DNA of 44,630 nucleotides from contig RGGX01000001.1 in NCBI GenBank assembly GCA_010024485.1, positions 1-44,630 of the forward strand, given 5' to 3'. The notes beneath the pieces are model-generated. The model searched no databases. It was not told the DNA's origin and was given only the letters and a program-made list of their open reading frames with translations. Of the stretch, positions 18,639 to 28,863 are shown piece after piece. Numbering within the stretch: the stretch's first letter is position 1; every line of letters starts with the position of its first letter. Made by a program: the position numbers and the translations under genes. Origin of the DNA: Actinomycetota bacterium. Its GTDB lineage: Bacteria > Actinomycetota > Acidimicrobiia > Acidimicrobiales > Ilumatobacteraceae.

Positions 18639-18998
18639 TCAGGTGAAACTGTCGCATTGATCGGCTGCGGCAACGTCCTCAAGGTCCACGAGATCGAGGG
18701 CCAAATCGAGGCGTTCGCTGGTGTCGGAAACTTTGTGAACGTCGACTGCGGCGACGAGACCGTTCCAGCAGAGGTGGGATACGAGTTCGACTGCCAGTTG
18801 TCCGACGACAGGGGGACCGTCAAGTTGCGGGTCACCGTTCTCACTGAGGATGGTGAAGTCGAATGGGAATATCTTCCCTGACGTCACGGTCTCGAGCGGG
18901 TGGTTGTTGAGAGCGAGTGACGTCAACTCGCCTTCTGAGCCGCCAAGCCCTGCGGGCGCCGGCGGGACCGCCGAAGGCGGAAAGAACCAGTCCATCAA
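18639..18998 (-). CDS. orphan 119-aa ORF (candidate; mutually exclusive with the 18657-18881 plus ORF)
   Basis: This ORF begins 27 nt after the methyltransferase stop and is followed by the 18478-18518 hairpin. I recognise no domain. The N-terminus is Pro-rich and low-complexity. About 71 % of its two-fold-degenerate codons are host-preferred. It has no good SD or -10 box. Confidence 0.25.
   Translation of the reverse strand: MMDWFFPPSAVPPAPAGLGGSEGELTSLALNNHPLETVTSGKIFPFDFTILSENGDPQLDGPPVVGQLAVELVSHLCWNGLVAAVDVHKVSDTSERLDLALDLVDLEDVAAADQCDSFT
18657..18881 (+). CDS. orphan 74-aa ORF (candidate; antisense and codon-aligned to the 119-aa ORF)
   Basis: The TTG start is preceded by AGGTGA (18641-18646, 10-nt spacing) and by GAAACT-N6. 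GC3 is 76 % against GC1 65 %, and about 82 % of two-fold codons are host-preferred. The sequence is acidic and beta-rich-looking with 3 Cys. I recognise no family. Confidence 0.3.
   Translation: MIGCGNVLKVHEIEGQIEAFAGVGNFVNVDCGDETVPAEVGYEFDCQLSDDRGTVKLRVTVLTEDGEVEWEYLP
18879..18925. repeat. 9-bp perfect inverted repeat TGACGTCAC / GTGACGTCA
   Basis: The arms lie at 18879-18887 and 18917-18925, with a 29-nt spacer. The left arm starts at the TGA stop of the 74-aa plus ORF. Confidence 0.5.
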
Positions 18999-19025
18999 CC
19001 ACCAAATGGAACCGTCGGAAAAGGA

Positions 19026-19922
19026 CTAAAAGAGTGACCGGAGAAGACAGCGGAGCGGACAGGCCCGAGGTTTCGTCTCAGACCGACTTATTTCGCTTTC
19101 TGCGCTTCTTGCAGGGGGGACCCGCAGGGCCAGCCGATGTCCCACACTGTCCCCCAATCTGGACCCCCCGCACCCCCCTCGGGTGAACAGATGTGTCGGG
19201 TCGGGGCTCCCGGGCACCTCGAACGGTCCGGTGGAGCCGGGCCACGCGGGGCCGTGGTGGACCAGCGAGAGGCCGGCCTCGTCAGCGAGGGCGACGAGTT
19301 CACGGTGGTCGAACCATCGGATGCTCCAGGGTCGCAACCGGGTGTCCGCTGAGTCGCGGAGTTCGATGAAGTGGCCCTCGAGGCGTTGGTCTCCGAGCTG
19401 TCTGGACACGGCGAGCACGACGGTGTCGGCGGTCATGTGCCTGACCGTCACTGAGGAACCCTCCTCGTCGTCGAGCGGCGGCTCGGTCTCGATGGCGAGG
19501 TGACCGCCGGGGCCCAGCGCCGCGGCGACTCGACGCAGCAGCAGGGTCTGGCGTTCGCGGTCGGTGAGGTTGAAGACCGTGTTGTAGGAGGCCAGCACGA
19601 CCGAGAGCCCCTCATCGGGGAGGTGGTCGATCATGTCGCCGTGCACCCGCTCCACCCGCTCGCATCCGGGCCGTGCGGCGAGGCGGTCCAGCATCTCGAT
19701 GCTGGAGTCGAGGGCGATCACGCGTCGGTCGGGGAGCAGCCCGGCGATCGGTGCGGTCAGTCGGCCGGTGCCGGCGCCGAGCTCGATGACCGCGCCGTCG
19801 GCGGACGAGGCGAGTCGCGCGACGGTGGCCACGAGGTCGTCGAGCCGAGGGTCGTCGCCGTACCAGTCGTCGTACACCTCGGCGAAGGCTCGACCGTAGG
19901 TCGCGTCGTCGTAGCCCTCCAT
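19026..19922 (-). CDS. class I SAM-dependent methyltransferase with an aberrant C-terminal tail
   Basis: It starts MEGYDDATYGRAFAEVYDDWY and has the SAM motif VIELGAGTGRLT. The start ATG 19922 is preceded by TACGGT-N7. The last ~51 codons run into the low-GC island with about 50 % GC3. The upstream 300 codons of the 599-aa ORF are antisense to iscS. Confidence 0.8.
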   Translation of the reverse strand: MEGYDDATYGRAFAEVYDDWYGDDPRLDDLVATVARLASSADGAVIELGAGTGRLTAPIAGLLPDRRVIALDSSIEMLDRLAARPGCERVERVHGDMIDHLPDEGLSVVLASYNTVFNLTDRERQTLLLRRVAAALGPGGHLAIETEPPLDDEEGSSVTVRHMTADTVVLAVSRQLGDQRLEGHFIELRDSADTRLRPWSIRWFDHRELVALADEAGLSLVHHGPAWPGSTGPFEVPGSPDPTHLFTRGGCGGSRLGDSVGHRLALRVPPARSAESEISRSETKPRACPLRCLLRSLF

Positions 19923-19929
19923 CTCGGGC

Positions 19930-19935
19930 ACCGTA
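19930..19935 (-). promoter_or_regulatory. putative -10 box TACGGT for the leaderless methyltransferase gene
   Basis: The TANNNT hexamer on the minus strand ends 7 nt before ATG 19922. It overlaps the iscS box by 2 nt (plus strand ACCGTAGTCT). Confidence 0.4.
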
Positions 19936-19939
19936 GTCT
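19934..19939 (+). promoter_or_regulatory. putative -10 box TAGTCT for leaderless iscS
   Basis: The TANNNT hexamer ends 7 nt before ATG 19947. Confidence 0.4.
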
Positions 19940-19946
19940 TCGTCTC

Positions 19947-21080
19947 ATGGAGCGTCTCCTCTACCTCGACCATGCGGCATCGACGCCGATGCGGCCGGCC
20001 GCTGTGGAGGCGATGACGCCCTTCCTCACCGACTGCTTCGCCAACCCGAGTGGCTCCCACCGTTTCGCGAGGACCGCTCGTCGGGCGGTCGACGAGGCCC
20101 GTGAGCAGGTGGCCGACGTGCTCGGTGTCCTGCCGGGCGAGGTGGTCTTCACCGGTTGTGGAACCGAGTCCGACAACCAGGCGGTGACCGGATCGGTCGC
20201 CGGGCGGCCCGGGGTAGCGGTCACCTCGGCCGCCGAGCACCACGCGGTGCTCGACCCGGTGGTCGCCTCCGGCGGGGTGGTGGTCGGCGTCGACGCCACT
20301 GGGCACATCGACCTCGACGGGCTGACCGAGGCCCTCCGGGCCGCCGGTGAGGTGGCCGTGGTGAGCGTGATGGCGGTCAACAACGAGGTGGGAACGGTGA
20401 CCGATCTCGAGGCGGTCGCCGCGGTGGTCCGACGTGAGGCCCCGGGGGCATGGCTCCACACCGACGCGGTGCAGGCGGCCTGTTGGCTGGACCTGCGGAC
20501 CGTCACCCCGCTCGTCGACATGGTGTCGCTCAGCGCCCACAAGTTCGGTGGTCCGAAGGGCGTCGGCGTGCTGGTGGTCCGCGGATCGGCATCCCCGGCA
20601 CCGATCATCCGCGGGGGTGGTCAGGAACGGGAACGGCGCAGCGGCACCTCGAACGTCGCTGGGATCGTGGCGACCGCGGCGGCACTTGGCGAGACCGACG
20701 CGGAGCGGGCCACGGAAGTCGAGCGCGTCGGTGCCCTTCGCTCCCGTCTCGTGGAGACGGTCGTCGCCGAGGTCGACGCGCGCGAGACGGTGCCGGCGGC
20801 GGCCTCGGTGCCCGGGGTCGCCCATCTGTGCTTCGAGGGTGTCGAGAACGAGGCCCTCCTCTTCCTGCTCGACACCGAGGGCGTCTGCGCCTCAGCCGCG
20901 TCGGCCTGCGCGAGCGGTGCGATGGAACCCTCCCATGTGCTGGCCGCCATGGGGGTGTCGCGGGAGTTGGCGGGCGGCGCGCTCCGGCTCAGCTTCGGTC
21001 ACACCAGCACCGTTGACGAGATCGATGCCGCGTCGGCTGCGGTGGTGTCCTCGGTCCGTCGGTTGCGGGGAGAGAGCTGA
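19947..21080 (+). CDS. iscS: cysteine desulfurase (class V aminotransferase, IscS/NifS-like)
   Basis: It starts MERLLYLDHAASTP. It has the PLP-lysine motif SAHKFGGPKG and the catalytic Cys loop SACASG. I trimmed the start from 19500. Confidence 0.92.
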   Translation: MERLLYLDHAASTPMRPAAVEAMTPFLTDCFANPSGSHRFARTARRAVDEAREQVADVLGVLPGEVVFTGCGTESDNQAVTGSVAGRPGVAVTSAAEHHAVLDPVVASGGVVVGVDATGHIDLDGLTEALRAAGEVAVVSVMAVNNEVGTVTDLEAVAAVVRREAPGAWLHTDAVQAACWLDLRTVTPLVDMVSLSAHKFGGPKGVGVLVVRGSASPAPIIRGGGQERERRSGTSNVAGIVATAAALGETDAERATEVERVGALRSRLVETVVAEVDARETVPAAASVPGVAHLCFEGVENEALLFLLDTEGVCASAASACASGAMEPSHVLAAMGVSRELAGGALRLSFGHTSTVDEIDAASAAVVSSVRRLRGES

Positions 21081-21081
21081 G

Positions 21082-22137
21082 ATGCGGGTCCTCGTCGGCA
21101 TGAGCGGTGGGGTCGACTCGTCGGTGGCCGCGGCGCTGCTCGCCGAGGAGGGCCACGAGGTGGTCGGGGTCACCATGCGTCTGTGGGGCGGTGACAGCGA
21201 CACCGGATGCTGCAGTGTCGCCGACGTCGACGATGCCCGACGGGTGGCGCAGCAACTCGGCCTCGACCATGTGGTCTTCAACTTCTCGGAGGACTTCGAG
21301 GCCAATGTCGTCGAGCCCTACGTGAGCGCGCACGCCGAGGGCATCACCCCGAACCCCTGCATCGAGTGCAACCGACACCTCAAGTTCGATCGGCTGAGCG
21401 AGCGGGCGAGGGTGCTCGGCTTCGATGCCGTCGCCACGGGACACCACGCCCGCCTCGAACGTGACGACCACGGACGTCCCCGTCTCGCCCGCGGCGCCGA
21501 CCGCGACAAGGACCAGAGCTATGTGGTGCACATGGTCGACGCCGCCGAGTTGGAACACACCCTCTTCCCGATCGGTCACATGACGAAGTCGGAGGTCCGC
21601 GAACACGCCCGACGGCTCGGGTTGCGCACCGCGGGCAAACCGGACAGTCAGGATGTGTGCTTCATCACCTCGACGGGTGGGCGTGAGCGCTTCCTCGGGG
21701 ATCGGATCCCACTGAGGTCGGCGAGGGTGGTCGACACCGACGGTCGGACCCTCGGCGAGGTGCCCTCGGTCGAGATGGTGACGATCGGCCAGCGGCGTGG
21801 TCTCGGGCTCCCCGGTGGCGGACCGTTGCGCTATGTCGTCGACGTGGTTGCCGACGAGGATCCGCACGTCGTGGTCGGAGACGGTTCCGATCTGCTGCGC
21901 GACTCGGTCGAGGTCGCCGCCGTCACCTGGGTGGACGGCCCGGTGGAGGGGCCGGTCCGGGTGCAGGTGAGTGCCCACGGTCCCGCGAGCCCGGCGGAGT
22001 GCGTCGCGATCGGGTCATCCGATCGGGTCGAGGTCCGGTGGGCGGAGCCGCAACGTCGGGTGGCGCCGGGGCAGAGCGTGGTGTTCTACGACGTCGACGA
22101 CCGGTGGGTGCTCGGCGGGGGTGTCGCGGCGCGCTGA
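21082..22137 (+). CDS. mnmA: tRNA 2-thiouridine(34) synthase
   Basis: It starts MRVLVGMSGGVDSS (PP-loop) 1 nt after the iscS stop, with MnmA family sequence throughout. Confidence 0.93.
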   Translation: MRVLVGMSGGVDSSVAAALLAEEGHEVVGVTMRLWGGDSDTGCCSVADVDDARRVAQQLGLDHVVFNFSEDFEANVVEPYVSAHAEGITPNPCIECNRHLKFDRLSERARVLGFDAVATGHHARLERDDHGRPRLARGADRDKDQSYVVHMVDAAELEHTLFPIGHMTKSEVREHARRLGLRTAGKPDSQDVCFITSTGGRERFLGDRIPLRSARVVDTDGRTLGEVPSVEMVTIGQRRGLGLPGGGPLRYVVDVVADEDPHVVVGDGSDLLRDSVEVAAVTWVDGPVEGPVRVQVSAHGPASPAECVAIGSSDRVEVRWAEPQRRVAPGQSVVFYDVDDRWVLGGGVAAR

Positions 22138-23012
22138 TCCCAGGCGCGCAGGACGGCGCCCGGACGCGTCGGCGCCACGCGAGCGGCGGTGAGGTGCAGA
22201 GCGCGCCCGCCGGGTCGCCGTGGTCCGGTGGCGAGCACCACGGTCACCGTGTCCCGTGTCGCCAGTTCGAGCGCGGGACCGCGGACGCCGGCTGAGAGGT
22301 CAGCGGGGGAGTCGTCGGAGGCGAGCGCCAGTCCGGCCACCTCGCTGCGCCTGAGCATGAGGGTCTCGGACAGCACCAACGGGTCGTGGACCACGAGGCC
22401 GGTGGGCACCAGCACCAGCCACCGGCGTGCCAGCCGGTGCCAACGGGGGGCCGAGCCGACCGCGAGAGTCAGCGCGCCGAGACCGGCTGCGATCCCACCG
22501 ATGGTCGACGATGAACGCACCGCGATCGCGGCCAACCCGACGACGATGAGCCAGGCGATGCCCGAGGCGATGAGGTAGCCGACCGGGGGGCGCAGCGGGA
22601 ACCGTCGTTCGGCGCCGTAGGCGCCCGCCTGGATGTGGTGGGCGCCGAGTGGTGCCGACCAGACGAGGCCGAGGGCGACGAGGGCTACGCCGATGCCGGT
22701 GATCTGCATCGGTCCGGGGTCGTCGACGACATGGGCGAGGGCGAAGGCGGCGACGAGCGGGGCGGCGACCCGGGCGATGGTCAGCGTCACCGCGGAGGGG
22801 ATGACGATGGCGACGGCGACGATCGCCCAGATGATCTCGGCGGCCGGTCCGGTTCCATCGAGGATCCCCCCCGGGGCGCGCAGGGTCTCGAGTCCGGAGC
22901 CGACGAGGACGGCGACGGCGATCCACACCACGGCGGTGGCGAGGGTGTACCAACGGTCATCGGCGGCCCCCGCTCGTCGGCGTGTCACCGCCCCGGTGTC
23001 GGTCGCATTCAC
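22086..23012 (-). CDS. hypothetical polytopic membrane protein with a C-terminal PH-like soluble region
   Basis: It has about 6 hydrophobic segments followed by RWLVLVPTGLVVHDPLVLSE.... The start was chosen as GTG 23012 (CAGACT-N7 context), because the 23204 ORF start would overlap the next gene. It overlaps the mnmA 3' end by 52 nt. Confidence 0.55.
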   Translation of the reverse strand: MNATDTGAVTRRRAGAADDRWYTLATAVVWIAVAVLVGSGLETLRAPGGILDGTGPAAEIIWAIVAVAIVIPSAVTLTIARVAAPLVAAFALAHVVDDPGPMQITGIGVALVALGLVWSAPLGAHHIQAGAYGAERRFPLRPPVGYLIASGIAWLIVVGLAAIAVRSSSTIGGIAAGLGALTLAVGSAPRWHRLARRWLVLVPTGLVVHDPLVLSETLMLRRSEVAGLALASDDSPADLSAGVRGPALELATRDTVTVVLATGPRRPGGRALHLTAARVAPTRPGAVLRAWDQRAATPPPSTHRSSTS

Positions 23013-23072
23013 AGCCGACAGTCTGGCGGTTCCGGGTCGTGACTGGCGCTCCCGTCGTGCCACGATCTGGCG

Positions 23073-26233
<3,161 letters not shown>

Positions 26234-26239
26234 GCGGCG

Positions 26240-26803
26240 TCAGACCACCACGAACTGCCAGGTGAACGACCGGGCGCGCTGACGTCCCTCGTCCACCCTC
26301 CAGTGGATGACCTCGACGCGGTGGATGCCGGGGTCGAACCTCGGAACCGGTCCGTTCGACGAGGGCGTGTAGGTGAGCGTCGAGTTACCCGGCTCGAAGA
26401 CCGTCACCGGAGGGATCGACACCTGCTCTCCGGGCTCGACCGGGCTGGCCTGCACCTCCGACAGATCGACGGTCTCGATCTCGACACCGTCGATCACGAG
26501 CACGCCGGTGTATCCGGGGGCGAGATCGGCGAACACGTTCGTCTGGGCCAACGCCTGCTCGGCATCGGGGACCGGAGCCACGCTCTCGATCGTCGCCGGG
26601 AGGTCGCTGCGCTCCTCGCCGGTGACCGACACGAGGAATCCGCGGGCAACGAGCACCAGACCGACCGCGATCACGGCGCTCACGAGCAGCAGTGACGGGT
26701 CGATACGGCGGCGGGTCCGGGGCTCGACCATCACCTCGGCGGTCTCCTCATGGTCGTTGCCGCTCACCGGGCCATCATGCCCGAGGTTCGGGGAGGGACC
26801 CAA
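26240..26803 (-). CDS. hypothetical membrane-anchored protein with an extracytoplasmic beta-rich domain
   Basis: 187-aa ORF. The TTG start is preceded by GGGAGGG with 8-nt spacing. It has one TM helix (LLLVSAVIAVGLVLVARGFLV) followed by a ~120-aa domain. I recognise no family. Confidence 0.6.
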   Translation of the reverse strand: MGPSPNLGHDGPVSGNDHEETAEVMVEPRTRRRIDPSLLLVSAVIAVGLVLVARGFLVSVTGEERSDLPATIESVAPVPDAEQALAQTNVFADLAPGYTGVLVIDGVEIETVDLSEVQASPVEPGEQVSIPPVTVFEPGNSTLTYTPSSNGPVPRFDPGIHRVEVIHWRVDEGRQRARSFTWQFVVV

Positions 26804-26853
26804 CCGGAGCGCCCTCCCGACCCCAACGGCGATGAGTCGGCCGGTAGCGTCCT

Positions 26854-28800
26854 GTGGCCGTGGACCTCTCCTCGTTGCGCGGATCGGAGATCACCGATCG
26901 CTTCCACCTCACCGCGGTGGTGTCGGTGGGTACGACGGCCACCCTGATCGACGGTGTGGAGCGGTCCTCGGGCCGGGCGGTGACCGTCAGGGTGCTCGAT
27001 CCGGCGCTGTGCTCCGATCCCGACTTCGCAGGACGCTTCTCGGCCGCTCTCGAACCGGCCCGGGCCCTCGAACACCCGAACATCGCCGAGGTGCTCGCCA
27101 CCGGGATCGTGTCGACATCGCGGGGGGAGGCGGGATACGTCATCACCGAGGCGCTCACCGGCGGAAGCCTCCGCGACCTGCTCGACCGTGGCCGACTGCT
27201 CAGTCCCTCGCAGGCGCTCACCCTCGGCCTCGACATCTGCCGGGCGCTGCACCTCGCCCATTCCAGGGGTCTGGTCCACACCGAGTTGACCCCGTCGAAG
27301 ATCATGTTCGGCGAGGAGGGCCGGGCCCGACTCGTCGACCTCGGACTCGCCGATCTGCTCGGGCGGAGCGCCTGGCGCGAACCCTCCTCACTCGACAACC
27401 ACGTCGTGCGCTACTCGGCGCCCGAGCAGGCCCTCGGTCGTGTGCCGGCCCCGGCGATCGACATCTACGCGCTCGGCCTCGTGCTCGTGGAGGCGGTCAC
27501 CGGATCGGTGCCCTTCGACGCCGGGTCGACGGTGGCCACGCTCGCCCAGCGGGTGGATCGCCTCATGCCGGCGTCGGCTGATCTCGGCCCGCTCGCCGCC
27601 GTGCTCGAGCACGCGGCCCGGCCCGAGGCCGATGAGCGGTGGACGGCGGAGGAGTTCCACCACGCGCTGGTGGCGCTCGCCCCGCGCCTCCCTCGACCCG
27701 AGGCCCTGCCGCTCGCGACCCGGACGATCGCGGGTCGCATGACGGCAGAGATCGCGGCGGCCGAACCCTCGCGGGGTCGGTCCGCACCGGACCCTTCGGA
27801 CAGCGGTGTTACCGGTGCCTCATCGCATGACTCCAGCACCGGTTCGGCCACCGATGCCGACGCGGTCGCCGAGGCACCGCGCGGGCGGCGCCGACCCCCG
27901 TGGCTCCTCCCGCTCGCCTCGGGCTCGACGGTGGTCCTCGCGGCCCTCCTGGTGCGTCTGCTCCTGGTGACGCCGATCCATGTGGTGCCCGACCTGAGAG
28001 GGGTGAGCGAGGCCGAGGCCGTCAACACGATCACGCCGTTCGGATGGGTGACCGAGCGGCTCCTGGACCGCAGCGATGAGGTCCCGACCCCGGGGGGCAT
28101 CATCTCCACCTCGCCGGCCGCCGGGGCGGAACTGGCCGAGGGCGAGCCCTTCATCTACGTGGTGAGCGAGGGTCCGACCCTGCGCGCTGTGCCCGACACC
28201 ACCGGTTCCCTCGTCACCGATGCCGAGGCCGCGCTCGCCACCATCGGCCTGACCTCCTTCGTCGAGCCGGTGCACGATGAGTCGGTGCCGGTCGATCTGG
28301 TGGTCGACTGGGTCGCCACCGACGATCCGACGGTGGTCGCGGGCACTCCGGTCGAACCGGGGACCGCCGTCACCCTCCGGGTGTCGATCGGTCCGGCCCC
28401 GCGGACGGTGCCGGACCTGAGCGGCCTGCTGGCGGGACCCGCCCGCGCCCGTCTCGTCGACCTCGGTCTGGTCTTCGCGGAGGTCGAGGGGGACTTCGAT
28501 GATGAGGTGGAGGCCGGGGTGATCGTCTCCCAGGTCCCCGAGGCGGGGGATCCCGTCGAGCGGGGCACGACGGTCACGGTGACCGTGTCGCGGGGACCCG
28601 ATGTGGTCGTGTTCCCGACCCTCGCCGAGGGCGTGATCTTCGCCGATGCCCGAGCCACGCTGATCGAGGCGGGGTTCGAGGTCGAGCTAGTGCTCGGCGC
28701 TGTCGATGCCATCGTCTCCGAGGTGCTCATCGACGGTGTGCCCCCGGAGGAGGACGGGGTCTACCCGCGCGGTACCCGGGTCGACATCGTCGCGGTCTGA
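26854..28800 (+). CDS. PASTA-domain membrane Ser/Thr kinase homologue, predicted pseudokinase
   Basis: 648-aa ORF with a Hanks kinase fold whose motifs are degenerate: VTVR for VAIK, HTELTPSK for HRDxKxxN, and DLG for DFG. SAPE is kept. A TM helix lies at about aa 350-372, followed by four PASTA-like repeats. The start may be GTG 26860. Confidence 0.85.
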   Translation: MAVDLSSLRGSEITDRFHLTAVVSVGTTATLIDGVERSSGRAVTVRVLDPALCSDPDFAGRFSAALEPARALEHPNIAEVLATGIVSTSRGEAGYVITEALTGGSLRDLLDRGRLLSPSQALTLGLDICRALHLAHSRGLVHTELTPSKIMFGEEGRARLVDLGLADLLGRSAWREPSSLDNHVVRYSAPEQALGRVPAPAIDIYALGLVLVEAVTGSVPFDAGSTVATLAQRVDRLMPASADLGPLAAVLEHAARPEADERWTAEEFHHALVALAPRLPRPEALPLATRTIAGRMTAEIAAAEPSRGRSAPDPSDSGVTGASSHDSSTGSATDADAVAEAPRGRRRPPWLLPLASGSTVVLAALLVRLLLVTPIHVVPDLRGVSEAEAVNTITPFGWVTERLLDRSDEVPTPGGIISTSPAAGAELAEGEPFIYVVSEGPTLRAVPDTTGSLVTDAEAALATIGLTSFVEPVHDESVPVDLVVDWVATDDPTVVAGTPVEPGTAVTLRVSIGPAPRTVPDLSGLLAGPARARLVDLGLVFAEVEGDFDDEVEAGVIVSQVPEAGDPVERGTTVTVTVSRGPDVVVFPTLAEGVIFADARATLIEAGFEVELVLGAVDAIVSEVLIDGVPPEEDGVYPRGTRVDIVAV

Positions 28801-28850
28801 TCGAGGCTGCGCGCCCGACGTCGGCTGCGGCCGTGGCCAGGTGCCGTCAC

Positions 28851-28856
28851 TACGGT
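28851..28856 (+). promoter_or_regulatory. putative -10 box TACGGT for the leaderless SDR gene
   Basis: The TANNNT hexamer ends 7 nt before ATG 28864. Confidence 0.4.
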
Positions 28857-28863
28857 GGACGCC

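Noticed and set aside
18427-18660. 77-aa Arg-rich plus ORF whose stop overlaps the TTG of the 74-aa ORF (TTGA), which suggested a two-gene toxin-antitoxin-like cassette
   Set aside because: The ORF reads straight through the 16-bp perfect hairpin, giving the mirrored NDRSGRRRRPDRSL. GC3 is only about 66 %, and the composition looks non-protein-like. I kept it only as a note under the island.
18428-19156. 9-bp inverted match TGGGGGACA (18428-18436) / TGTCCCCCA (19148-19156) near both island edges, considered as terminal inverted repeats of a MITE or IS remnant
   Set aside because: The match does not extend beyond 9 bp and is built on homopolymer G/C runs. There is no flanking direct repeat and no transposase. 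Chance cannot be excluded.
19141-19200. C-rich tracts considered as a 6C-family actinobacterial sRNA
   Set aside because: The 6C motif needs two separate hairpins, each with a C-rich loop. Here the two C6 runs are only 3 nt apart and cannot sit in separate loops. I reported the region only as a possible G4/i-motif tract.
19923-20825. N-terminal ~300 codons of the 599-aa minus ORF upstream of the methyltransferase
   Set aside because: This part is antisense to iscS. Methyltransferase similarity begins at MEGYDDATY (ATG 19922), which also has a proper -10 context.
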